The translations under genes and the position numbers were made by a program. The notes below the pieces were generated by a model. That model made no database searches. It was not told where the DNA came from and was given only the letters and a program-made list of their open reading frames with translations. From a virus (lineage: Duplodnaviria > Caudoviricetes), in IMG/VR virus record IMGVR_UViG_3300037045_000347, positions 1 through 50,922 of that record: DNA of 50,922 nt. One strand, 5' to 3'. Every line of letters starts with the position of its first letter. Positions within the stretch are counted from its first letter, which is position 1. This document shows positions 29,073-38,900 of the stretch, in pieces.

Positions 29073-29623
29073 GGATTACAAAGCTGATGATAGTTAACAT
29101 ACTGTTGTTGAGTGCATGTTCTGTTCACCGGAAACCTTCACAAATTATTTCAAAACTAAGTTCAGGGGAAACTGAGCTGGTAAGGAATATTAGTGTTGAC
29201 TCTGTTATTACTTTATTAAAAGCAGAGAATATCGCTACAGAACAAAGTTCGACTCACAACAATGAATTGATTTCCATAGTTCGGGAATATGATACCGAAA
29301 AACCTGTTTCTGAAATTACTGGTACCCCACCTATCAGAAAAGAGTCCATCACAGCTTCTCTAAGCGAATTAAATTCGCAGCTAAACAATACCCATCAAAT
29401 ATACTCAACTGGTTCTACAAGTAATTCAAAATCCTTTGATGAGCATATTAGAAACAGTTACAATATTGATAGCCTGGTAAAAGTTGAAGTTGCTAGCGTA
29501 TTTTCAAAAAAGAGAGATTATTGTTTTTCATTTATTGTTTTGATTGCCATTGTTGTTTTGTTTTTTTCATTTCGAAATAACATCCATAGGTTGTTTCAAT
29601 TTTTAATCAAAAAGTTGTATTGA
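29063..29623 (+). CDS. Candidate unimolecular spanin-like lipoprotein
   Basis: Lipobox LLLSA-C, Ser/Thr-rich middle, C-terminal TM followed by basic residues; last gene of the lysis cassette. Confidence 0.6.
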   Translation: MDLRITKLMIVNILLLSACSVHRKPSQIISKLSSGETELVRNISVDSVITLLKAENIATEQSSTHNNELISIVREYDTEKPVSEITGTPPIRKESITASLSELNSQLNNTHQIYSTGSTSNSKSFDEHIRNSYNIDSLVKVEVASVFSKKRDYCFSFIVLIAIVVLFFSFRNNIHRLFQFLIKKLY

Positions 29624-29643
29624 CAGATTAGTTTGCAATCTTG

Positions 29644-29678
29644 CAGAGCCTTCGTTGAGAAACGAGGGCTTTGTTTTT
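29644..29678 (+). terminator. Rho-independent terminator after the lysis cassette
   Basis: CAGAGCCTTCGTT-gaga-AACGAGGGCTTTG followed by T5. Confidence 0.8.
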
Positions 29679-29697
29679 AATATGCAGTATGTCAATC

Positions 29698-29780
29698 AGT
29701 TAAACAATATTAAACCACCAGTTAACCAACTGTAAAAGTATTGACAATACAAATATACTAAAGTAAGTTTGCTTTATAAT
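29698..29780 (+). promoter_or_regulatory. Promoter with conserved upstream box (copy 2)
   Basis: AGTTAAACAA at 29698, TTG at 29741, GTAAGTTTG at 29763, ATAAT at 29776; same offsets as the copy at 509. Confidence 0.65.
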
Positions 29781-29804
29781 TAAATAACAGTAAATCAAAT
29801 AGAT

Positions 29805-30212
29805 ATGAGCTTAATAACTAAAAATAAAGAAATCGAATTACTTCTCAACCTACTCGAAGGTAATGGTTACTTCGCAGATAAATTCGGAAAAGATATTCCG
29901 GTGATGATTGAAAACATCAAAAAGGATTATCCGATAGAAAACGGAACCTCAATCATAGCAGACGAAGTTAAGCACATTCGGGAGAAGGAACAGCTTCTTC
30001 AAAATTACGAGAATGAAAACCGCCAGTTGAAGAAAGAACACGAAACCAAGCTTCAGGAACTGTATATCTTCTTTCTAAAATGCGATGATGAAAAGATGTA
30101 CAACAAAGTAGTAGCTGATTTAGGAATTGAAAAAACCATAAAGCTCAAACATCAGCACCAACTTCCTTTTACCGAGAGTGAAATCAATTACATGGTCAAC
30201 AATTTAAAGTAA
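29805..30212 (+). CDS. Hypothetical coiled-coil phage protein
   Basis: 135-aa ORF directly after the promoter. Confidence 0.75.
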   Translation: MSLITKNKEIELLLNLLEGNGYFADKFGKDIPVMIENIKKDYPIENGTSIIADEVKHIREKEQLLQNYENENRQLKKEHETKLQELYIFFLKCDDEKMYNKVVADLGIEKTIKLKHQHQLPFTESEINYMVNNLK

Positions 30213-30218
30213 TCCAAT

Positions 30219-30407
30219 ATGCAACTTTTTAAAGTATACGCAAAGGTCTCATTGCAGGGAACACTGCTTTATAACTCCTACTACTTAGTCCGGGCCGAAA
30301 GCAAACAGAAAGCCAGGGAGAAAGCAAAAGAAATAGCATGGATTGAGCATGCACCTTCAATGCAATCTAAACTTTCAGTTAAAACATCATTTAGTGAACT
30401 TCAATAA
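30219..30407 (+). CDS. Small hypothetical phage protein
   Basis: 62 aa; VRAESKQKAREKA resembles the V.A.s.eeA motif of small phage proteins. Confidence 0.65.
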   Translation: MQLFKVYAKVSLQGTLLYNSYYLVRAESKQKAREKAKEIAWIEHAPSMQSKLSVKTSFSELQ

Positions 30408-30437
30408 TTATCAATACTAATTTTAAATACAACAGTT

Positions 30438-30893
30438 ATGACATTCTACAAAAGCGCAATGCCCGAGATTTCAATCAAATACAAAACGGGGAGCATTAAA
30501 AAAGCATTAGTTTCAAGTTCACAAGAACTCTTTAAGATTTTTAGAGAGATGTTCGATCAGGACACCATCGAGTATAACGAAAGTATGGTTGTCTTATACA
30601 TGAACAATGGGAACAAAACTTTAGGTTGGACCAGGCATTCATCCGGAGGTATGGCACATACAGTTTTAGATATAAAAATAGTTTTAACAGAAGCACTTTT
30701 GTGTGGTGCATCCACCATTGCAATTTGCCACAATCACCCTTCATGTCAGTTATTTCCAAGCAAAGAAGATGAGAATATAACTAAGCGTCTCAAAAATGCA
30801 TGTGAAATCATGCAAATGCGATTACTAGATCATATCATAGTCCCGGGAGATTTAAACGGTTATTATTCATTTTGCGACGAAGGAAAAATCTAA
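30438..30893 (+). CDS. Stand-alone JAB/MPN-domain (RadC-like) protein
   Basis: HNHPS...PSKED and LLDHII JAMM motif; no N-terminal HhH region. Confidence 0.9.
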   Translation: MTFYKSAMPEISIKYKTGSIKKALVSSSQELFKIFREMFDQDTIEYNESMVVLYMNNGNKTLGWTRHSSGGMAHTVLDIKIVLTEALLCGASTIAICHNHPSCQLFPSKEDENITKRLKNACEIMQMRLLDHIIVPGDLNGYYSFCDEGKI

Positions 30894-30911
30894 TCAATAA
30901 AATATCAGGTT

Positions 30912-32024
30912 ATGAAACTTATAGTTCACAATTTCACACCAAACGGGCTGCAAAAAGCGCAGCCCTTAAATGAACTTCCAATTGGAATGAAAGTGTATGC
31001 TTATGGAGCATTCGGTTCAGAAAGTATTTACTGTATTACCGGCCCAATGACAAAACGTGGGCAGGAGATGTGTTTGATTTCCCGCTGGAATCCTAATGCT
31101 TACTTTGCCAGTCCCAAAGATTATCTTGAAACATACAGTAAGCCTGTTTCTAAAAAGTTCGGAATTGGTTACTACTGGGATGATGTCGATAACCATATCT
31201 TCCCTGAATCACGAGTAAAAGCAGCTATCAGGCGTGCTGAATGGATAGAGAGGAAGATTGCCCAAATGAATGAAGAAAAACAACTGGCAGAGCAGAAGGA
31301 GTTTGCAGAACTACCGGGCCGCTATCCTCACTTAACACCGATACCAAATGATTGTAAGGATCGGTACAGGGCAGTCAAGGCAAACATTGTCGCTGAGTTG
31401 AAGCATCACTTTCCCGATCATAAGTTTTCAGTGAACAAAGATGGTGACAGGTCTATCAGAATTAGCTGGTACGATGGATTACTGAGTGAAAAGGTAGATG
31501 ACGTTATGCGCAAGTTTGAAAGCCATAAAAGTGATGTTACAGGCGACTATTGGGATTTTTCACCTTCCTGTTTCAATACTATTTTCGGAGGAATGAAATT
31601 CGTATTCATTAATCGGTACATGTCGGATGAAGTGAAGAAACTCACCAAGCAGCTTAAAGAAATTCTTCCTGACAGGTATAAGGCAGTCGACCAGCAGCTA
31701 CTTCGGGAATACTGGTCAGAAACCGATTTCCCCTTCAATGCTACCAACATAAAGGTAGTAGAAAATCCGGATGCCAAAGGTATCGATGATTTATTCACTT
31801 TTCATTACGACATTCCGGAAAAGCTTACTTCTGTTGCTTCTCCCGAAGGAATAAAAGTCGTAGAATACTCACCAAAAAGCTTTGCTGTAATCGGAGATAC
31901 AAAGCCCTTAAAAGACAAATTAAAAGCCCTCGGAGGCAAGTTTAACTTCCGGCTTACATGCGGAGCTGGATGGATTTTCCCAAACACCATAAAAGAAAAC
32001 GTATTAGAAGCATTACAGTTATGA
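30912..32024 (+). CDS. Multidomain mobile-element protein, LPD29-like
   Basis: NIVAELKHHFPDHKFSV...ISWYDG...FGGMKFVFINR core; C-terminal YSPKSFAVIGDTKPLKDKLKALGGKFN...GWIF module. Confidence 0.65.
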   Translation: MKLIVHNFTPNGLQKAQPLNELPIGMKVYAYGAFGSESIYCITGPMTKRGQEMCLISRWNPNAYFASPKDYLETYSKPVSKKFGIGYYWDDVDNHIFPESRVKAAIRRAEWIERKIAQMNEEKQLAEQKEFAELPGRYPHLTPIPNDCKDRYRAVKANIVAELKHHFPDHKFSVNKDGDRSIRISWYDGLLSEKVDDVMRKFESHKSDVTGDYWDFSPSCFNTIFGGMKFVFINRYMSDEVKKLTKQLKEILPDRYKAVDQQLLREYWSETDFPFNATNIKVVENPDAKGIDDLFTFHYDIPEKLTSVASPEGIKVVEYSPKSFAVIGDTKPLKDKLKALGGKFNFRLTCGAGWIFPNTIKENVLEALQL

Positions 32025-32311
32025 AAGAATTCATCAAAGAAAAGCTGGTTGAAATGTACTCAACCTGCACTACAGACCAGTACGGTCAGGTAGCAAAGTA
32101 TAACCAAGGTCTTAAAGGTTTATTCGGAGATAAAACCGAAGAAGTGTTGGAATACATCAAAACCGACCCGGTGATAAGTTACTCAACCTATGGAAATCGA
32201 TATGGCACCTATAAGGCAGTAATGGACATCCTCGATGAGGAAATAAAAAGTGCTTGTGTTGATGCCCTGAGAAGCAATTTGAACTATCAACGTAATATGA
32301 GGAGCTGGTAA
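32021..32311 (+). CDS. Hypothetical phage protein
   Basis: Start reassigned to ATG 32021 (ATGA overlap with previous stop). Confidence 0.7.
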   Translation: MKEFIKEKLVEMYSTCTTDQYGQVAKYNQGLKGLFGDKTEEVLEYIKTDPVISYSTYGNRYGTYKAVMDILDEEIKSACVDALRSNLNYQRNMRSW

Positions 32312-32313
32312 TC

Positions 32314-32484
32314 ATGACAAAGACCAGGCAAGCCGAAATAACGCTCTACAGCAACGGTTACATCATCGAGTATGTAATCTCTCCCAGAGGAAAGAAATTG
32401 GCAGTAGCTGTCAAAGATGAAAAGCGAACCTATGGAACCACAGTGTTGGAACTGGTGAAAAAGCTGAATTTAATCACTCATTAA
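32314..32484 (+). CDS. 56-aa hypothetical protein (absent from the ORF track)
   Basis: MTKTRQAEITLYSNGYIIEY...LNLITH exactly fills the gap between neighbours. Confidence 0.65.
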   Translation: MTKTRQAEITLYSNGYIIEYVISPRGKKLAVAVKDEKRTYGTTVLELVKKLNLITH

Positions 32485-32493
32485 AACAAAGTT

Positions 32494-32697
32494 ATGTTAG
32501 CAAACAGACGAGACCTTCGCAAACTAAAATCAATCTCCGGAATGGCAGGCAAACTTCGGTCTGCCTACACCGGACTTTCTCAACCCACAAAAGAAATGCT
32601 TCAACGGGAGTTTCGGGGTGGAACTGAAAACCATATTTTCCGGTTTGAAGCGAACATAAATCAAGTAGTTGAATCTATTAAATTACCAAAACCATGA
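32494..32697 (+). CDS. Small basic hypothetical phage protein
   Basis: 67 aa, GTTATG start context shared with neighbours. Confidence 0.65.
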   Translation: MLANRRDLRKLKSISGMAGKLRSAYTGLSQPTKEMLQREFRGGTENHIFRFEANINQVVESIKLPKP

Positions 32698-32873
32698 AAG
32701 TACGTTGTGAAATTTGCAGGGATTTATACATCCTTTCCAATGAAGAAGAAGCCCTTTTTGAAGAGGGGCTTCTTGAAATCAGGATCTGTCCGGATTGTGA
32801 GGAATACGAGGAAATGAGACCGGATGATATTTGTGAGTATACGTCGTATTCGGATGCAGATAGTGGGTTATAG
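32694..32873 (+). CDS. 59-aa acidic zinc-ribbon protein (absent from the ORF track)
   Basis: ATGA overlap; CEIC...CPDC; ends YSDADSGL; followed by a terminator. Confidence 0.75.
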   Translation: MKVRCEICRDLYILSNEEEALFEEGLLEIRICPDCEEYEEMRPDDICEYTSYSDADSGL

Positions 32874-32903
32874 GCAAATTCTAAAGAAATTATAAACAAA
32901 TAT

Positions 32904-32935
32904 AAAATCCCCGATTGTAAAAGTCGGGGATTTTT
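32904..32935 (+). terminator. Rho-independent terminator
   Basis: AAAATCCCCGATT-gtaaa-AGTCGGGGATTTT hairpin with T run. Confidence 0.85.
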
Positions 32936-32982
32936 GTATTTTTGTCCAGATATTAAATATTAACTAAAAAACTTGAATATGT

Positions 32983-33948
32983 ATGTATGAAAAATACCCT
33001 GACATCTTTAGGCCTAAACAAATTGATTCGTATTTAGAATTAAATCAATTTATTACACCTAAACCAGTTAAGCCAGTTTTTGATGATGAGGAACCACAAA
33101 TTAAGAAAGATGGATGTTCAAATGAAATATTAAAAACAATTTTAGGGATTTTGATTTTTCTCATTTCTGCAATGATTTTGTTAGGTTCAATTCCTTCAAT
33201 AATTTCAGGAGAGGGAGATATGAAAGATGCGTTTGTTTATTTGTTATTATCAGGAGCTTCCTGTGGATTTTTACTATGGAAAATTAACTCAGTTAGTGAT
33301 AAAAAAATGGAGAAATATCTAAGTGATTCAAAAAGCTTTAAATCTAATAAACAAACGTATGAAGAAAATTATCAGAATTATTTAAGACTTGTTAGGGAAT
33401 ATGATGAGGAAAATAATACAATAAAAAAACTTAGTAAAGAAGAATTAAGGGCTTATGGTTTAAGAAAGTATTACAGCATATATACTACAGAACCACAGGT
33501 GTATACTGTCAATTATAAAGAGGGGAAGAGTGAGGAGAGTTTTTTTCAGTACCTAAATTCAATTTTTAAAGATAAAGTTTATAAAAATTTAACCATCACA
33601 TGTGAAGATAGAGATATTGAGTTTTATCTGCCTGATATTTGTTTTTATAACAAAGATAGTGGAATTTGTATTGATATAGAGATTGATGAACAATTTGATC
33701 AAGCTTCAGGTAATATCATACACAAGAAATTAAGCCAACATGATTACAAGCGGAATAATTTCTTTGTTAATAACGGATGGTTTGTTATTAGATTTGCTGA
33801 AACTCAAGTTGAGAATGATATGTTAGGTTGTGCAGTAATTATCTTTGGAATAATTCAAAAATATGATCCAGTTATTAACTATATCCAGCCTGTAAATTTA
33901 CATTTGTTGAAGAATTCTTCACCTGTATCAGAAGTACACAGATGGTAA
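32983..33948 (+). CDS. Two-TM membrane protein with C-terminal DUF559/Vsr-like endonuclease domain
   Basis: Two hydrophobic helices; YLPDI...IDIEIDE...H...DYKRNNFFVNNGWFVIRF; own TATTTTTG box at 32937-32944. Confidence 0.75.
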   Translation: MYEKYPDIFRPKQIDSYLELNQFITPKPVKPVFDDEEPQIKKDGCSNEILKTILGILIFLISAMILLGSIPSIISGEGDMKDAFVYLLLSGASCGFLLWKINSVSDKKMEKYLSDSKSFKSNKQTYEENYQNYLRLVREYDEENNTIKKLSKEELRAYGLRKYYSIYTTEPQVYTVNYKEGKSEESFFQYLNSIFKDKVYKNLTITCEDRDIEFYLPDICFYNKDSGICIDIEIDEQFDQASGNIIHKKLSQHDYKRNNFFVNNGWFVIRFAETQVENDMLGCAVIIFGIIQKYDPVINYIQPVNLHLLKNSSPVSEVHRW

Positions 33949-34282
33949 CTTTGATGCCCTATTTTGGTATTTGACTAATTTTGCATTGATAAAATCGAAT
34001 CTACAACAATTACGAATTTTTGGAAACCGAAATTAGATTAACGACCAAAAAGCGATTACTAATACTTAGGCTTACTGCGTTCAACACAAACCAGCAATAA
34101 AAGCACCAATAGAGCGATAATTCTGAAAAGTCCAGTAAACTCCAACGAAACTCCAGCGATTTATGAACTTTTGACCCGAAATTAGCAAGAATCAGCTGAA
34201 AAGTTGCAAAGTTTAGTGTAGTTTATCGGGGGCTAAAAATGGTAAAGGAGATAGAGCCGTTTCGATCAAAAAACAAATTTAA

Positions 34283-35386
34283 ATGTATTTAAAAGCCAAA
34301 AAAATGAAAACACAGCCCGAAAAAGATTACGAAATGTCGGAAGATGATTTAATTAATCAAATGATTAACAGTGCTCAATTAGATGAGGTGTCTGAGGATG
34401 TGGATTATTGGGAAAAAGCCTATTTGGAATCTATGATAGATGCACAACGAGAAGATGCTATGATAGAAGCTCATCTTGAAGCACAGTTCGAAGATAACAT
34501 ATTAGAAGCTCAATTTGAATCTCAGTTAGAAGATGCCATGATTGAGGCTTATTTAGACTCACAGTTTGAAGATGCAATGTTATATCGGGGATATACAGCC
34601 GATTCAAAAGAAAGTCAATTTTACTTATACGACAATAATTTTGAAACAAGTGTTGTACCCAAATTTGAGCCTAATGAAAATATAATTTTCGCAATTTACA
34701 AAAAATTTTGTAAGACATCCGGATCCGGTAAGACAGCATACTTTGAGTATAAAGTTCTTGATAAAAATAAAAGTGAAATACCACTTGTAATTGATGCTTA
34801 CAGATGTAATGGTGCTGATGAAGAACATTGGGTTTCGTGGAAATACTCAGATGATCAGAGAGTTGAAGTTAATCATTACGTTCGCGAATTAACAGGGAGT
34901 CAGGGAGCGCTATATTATCCATTTGAGTATAATTATGCGAAATTAATTGCACTTAATAAGCTTAATCCTTGTAATTTTCATTTTCAGAAGCTTGATTTTT
35001 TTGTTAAAGACAATGCTGTTAATTGTGGTGATAAATTTTCTACATGTAAAATTGAATCATCTACTAATTATCAAAATTTTTACATGAAAGATTTTGCATT
35101 GGACATAGTTAACTTTATGAAATCAGCAACAAAGTATTCATCTTTAAATGAATTCATTTTGGTTTCAATGCTTCGAATTGCAGTGGATCATCTTGAAAAA
35201 TTAGAGTTCATTAGCAATAGTTATAAAGAACAGTCTATAAAAAATATAATTATTTTTACTGATGAGTTGGTTGAAGCACGTTTGAGATATATTAAAAATC
35301 AGGTAAAACTTGATTCTGAGTCAGAGTTGAATCTTTTGTTGGAAAAATATGAATTGATAAAATATCGGGGTATCGGGGCTTCTTAA
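34283..35386 (+). CDS. Hypothetical protein with N-terminal acidic 13-aa repeats
   Basis: 367-aa AT-rich ORF; alternative start at 34304. Confidence 0.7.
   Translation: MYLKAKKMKTQPEKDYEMSEDDLINQMINSAQLDEVSEDVDYWEKAYLESMIDAQREDAMIEAHLEAQFEDNILEAQFESQLEDAMIEAYLDSQFEDAMLYRGYTADSKESQFYLYDNNFETSVVPKFEPNENIIFAIYKKFCKTSGSGKTAYFEYKVLDKNKSEIPLVIDAYRCNGADEEHWVSWKYSDDQRVEVNHYVRELTGSQGALYYPFEYNYAKLIALNKLNPCNFHFQKLDFFVKDNAVNCGDKFSTCKIESSTNYQNFYMKDFALDIVNFMKSATKYSSLNEFILVSMLRIAVDHLEKLEFISNSYKEQSIKNIIIFTDELVEARLRYIKNQVKLDSESELNLLLEKYELIKYRGIGAS
34451..34579 (+). repeat. Degenerate 39-bp coding tandem repeat (about 3.3 copies)
   Basis: Units begin GAAGAT at 34451, 34490, 34529, 34568: EDAMIEAHLEAQF / EDNILEAQFESQL / EDAMIEAYLDSQF / EDAM. 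Confidence 0.8.
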
Positions 35387-35773
35387 CAATTAGTTTCTTC
35401 ATTAGGAATTATACCTCGTATAATAATTTCCAATATTTCTCACTTCAGCTAAATTCTTATAATTTACATATTTAGCCTATTTGCTTTTGGTATATATTAT
35501 TTTCTGAAAACTCATTATCTATTTCAATTCGTTTTTATTGTCGGTAAAGTTAATTTTTTACGCTCTGTAATTGTCAAAAATGCCATTCAAACTGTCCGCT
35601 GTCCGAAAGTCGGGTGGTGGGTGGGCTTGGGATCGTGGGGCAAAATAAAATGTGCTGCAATTTGTGTCGGCTTGTGCGGTTGGTTGCAGCTCTTTTTATT
35701 TTGCGAAGGGTTGGCATTTTGTCTGTCGTTTTACTGTTCGTTTGTTGTCTGTTGTGTCGTCTTTTAGCATGAC

Positions 35774-35905
35774 CGGTAACGGTTGGCGTGTATGTGCAGT
35801 AGCGGATTAGAAGCACGTTCCTGTCCGTTTAGCACAAGATTTCTTAGAAGCATAGACCCTCGATTTACCACCTCACCCGCTATTGCCACATACACGCTGT
35901 TAGGG
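35774..35905 (-). repeat. attC-like recombination site 1 (132 bp)
   Basis: Minus strand CCCTAAC...GTTACCG; arms GCGTGTATGTG-G-CAATAGCGG / CCGCTACTG-CACATACACGC with one unpaired base; about 20 bp after the helicase stop. Confidence 0.8.
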
Positions 35906-35927
35906 CACCGTGCTTTTCGTTTTGTTT

Positions 35928-38900
35928 TCATGTTTGCTTAATTTGAACGTCAACAGCTACCTCTTCACAACGGACTTCATACTTCCGCTCTGGTTTTGAA
36001 TACACATTTACAGTTTGGTGGGAAGTAGCGAAGGAGTTGTCATAAATGTAGGTATCGCTGCCAAACATAATTTCCTCAATCTGGGTGGATTCGTAAACTG
36101 AGTGATTGTTAGGAGCATGGCGATAAATCAATCTTTCTATTTTCTTGATTTTATATAGGTTGTCAATATCCTGCGTGTTGTCGTCTGGCATTATGATGAA
36201 TAAATAATCTCTCGCCCGACTAATGGATACATTGAGGATGTTCTGCTTATTGAGAAACATACCAGGGTGTTTGCTTATCGAGTATGGCGGGTTAAAAATC
36301 GATATGATAATATCACATTCATCTCCTTGGAAGCCGTGAATAGTCCCGATAAGGATTTCTACCTTTTCAGTGTCTTCAAATTGTTGAGCAAGGAGCTTTT
36401 CAATTAGAGTAGCTTGAGCTTTGTAAGGACAAATGATTCCAATCCTGAATTTGTCTTTGTGGCTTGATTGAATCTGAAAAGCAAGTGACTGGGCGAACTC
36501 AACCGTGAACAAAGCTGAATAGACCTGATAGTTTGATTTATTAAGCGTATTTGGCTTGTAAATGCTTTCAAACTTTGCTACTGGAAATTTGATAATGTTA
36601 ATGTCCTTGAAATCAAAGCCGGATATGTTCAATGGCTTTTGCTCTGCACTTGTTCTATGGTGTTCGAGAATGCCATTGTAAGTGAAGTGACTGAAAACAT
36701 TTCCAATGGTGGGAACTGCCCTATATTGCTTGCGAAGGTTTACTATTTCAAATTCATGGGGAACAGTTGTTGGTTCTACGAATCTGTCAAGATTGACCAT
36801 GCTGTAGATATTCATATCCTTCCAATGGTCAATAAGCGTAATTGGTTGAATCTGGAACGGATCTCCTGCAATTACGAATTTTGCATCTGGCTTTTGATAA
36901 AGGACGTAAGCTATACTGGCCAAGTTCACCATTGAAGCTTCATCAATGATAATGTAGTCCCATTCAAGAAATTTCAGGTGTAGTCGTTCATCATGGATTT
37001 CGGGCTGAAAATAGTCGTAAGCAAATCTTGCAATTGTGGTTATTGTAGTATTCTTGGGCTTGGTTCTAATATCGAACGCTTTATCAATTACAACTGAACT
37101 GTTTTCCAGTGATTCATCACTTGTATTTCCAAAGCGGAGAAGCCAATGGTGATAGGTTTCATCATCACCCATTTTTTCAATAATACGCTTTGTAAGAACG
37201 TCTGCTGATTTATTGGTTGGAGTAAGTACAAGCACTTTGAGGTTTTCTTCCTGCTGCATGAGAGGTATAATCTCATTGGTTGCCAAATAGGTTGTTTTAC
37301 CCGTACCGGGAGGGCCAAATATGAATCGAATATCCTCTGGAAGGTTTTGCTGTAGATTATAATCATCCTCAAAGCCAAGTTGATTGAAGGCCTTTCTAAG
37401 TTCTTCAAGGATGAAAACAGGATTCTTTATGTCAATGACTATTCGGTTTACCTTAGATAGGTCAATCTCTGAAATGTCGGCAGACTTTTTCAGCTTTGCC
37501 CGAAGGGTATATTCTTTAACACTCACAACCTCCACGGTTACGGTCTTGGATTCTTCACCATGATATAAGCGAATTTGCAGGTCTCCAATATCCTCAATGG
37601 ATTGAGGGATATATCTGTTCGGATGCTTGAGAATCAATGTCCGTTCTGTACCTGGTTCTTTTTCTGCTTTAGTGAATTGGATTGATATTTCCTTTCCTTG
37701 AGTATTTGATTCTGAACTACTCAGATATTCCAGTTCAAGCAAAGCTTTGAACCAAGCATAGGAATACATTTCAGATTCATTAACAATCTCGTTCAGTTTC
37801 TCAATTCGGGTAAGGTCTTCAATTTGAGCTTCTGTCTGTTCCTTTAGCTTGTCAATCTTCTTTTGAAGGTCAACCGAAGGTTTTGTGTATTCATCCTGAT
37901 CTGCCATTGATTCAGGAGATTCCTGCTCTTCTTTTTGAGTTTCTTCATCTTGATTTTCAGCTCTGGCCTTTCGCTTCTTTTTGATCCCCTTTTTAAGGCG
38001 GTCTAAGGTGTCTTCAATGGCATCATCCATGAAGTCTTCTTCTTCATCAGTATTGGGATTGCCCTGAGCACTTGCGGACTTCTTTTTAGCCTTTATCATG
38101 CTCAATGCCTCTGCTAATTCTTCTTCAGTGATTCCTTCCTCTTGTAGTTTTTTGCCAAGTAGGTAAGCTGCTCGCTGTTCCTCAGAGAGGTCTAATTCAT
38201 CTTCAGGGTTTTCGATTCCTAAAAATTCAAGGAATGCAGAAATGTCAAAATCCTGCGAAGTATAGATTTCGTTCAAGTATTCTCTTTGAATTTCTGATGC
38301 TGATTTTAAATTGCCCTCTGTATCATATAGCCATTTATCATTTTTGAGAATAGATGATAGTGTGGATTCAAATTTTTGGGACTTTTGATATTGGTTCCAT
38401 TTGGGGACGTATCGAAAGTTGCCCATGATGCTTGATTCGAGAGAGTAAGAAGACTTACCGTGTACATGGAATAACATGTACTCCCAAATCAGGGCTGATA
38501 GTTCGGGATTGATGTTTGATACAGCTTCCTCTATACCTTCCAGAATGGTATCTGTAATAGTTTGATTAGAGACATAGGTTTGTGATACTTCAATTTCTTC
38601 AAGACCAAATCTTTCCTTGTTTTCGTAGTTGGATTCTAACTCCCTATCTAACATACGAGGTTGATTGCTGCAACCTAAAGCCGAAAGAAATGAATAGAAC
38701 GAGCTTTTACGAGGACTATGGATAAAGTCCAAGTAGTAATCTTCATCTAAAATATAGACCTCCTTTGCGTGAGCAAAGTATTTGTTGAGCTTTTCACTTG
38801 GAATGTAAACGGACTCAGGAAAGCAAAAGTAAACTGTATCAGGCTCAATGGCTTTTCGGGTTGCTATGAAACAAGTCTCTTGGAGTTTATCGAGATAGTC

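Larger units (their letters stand above)
1..32935 (+). mobile_element. Siphovirus-like prophage/phage segment of a Bacteroidota host (head-neck-tail-lysis modules plus accessory genes); true ends not visible
   Basis: Co-oriented, tightly packed capsid, tail, tape-measure, fibre and lysis genes in canonical order; no sheath gene; no terminase, portal or integrase inside the window. Confidence 0.9.

Noticed and set aside
35574-35816. 80-aa minus-strand ORF (and the similar 61-aa ORF at 46283-46468)
   Set aside because: They run through the attC-like sites and cassette leader; best explained as shadow ORFs of the repeats
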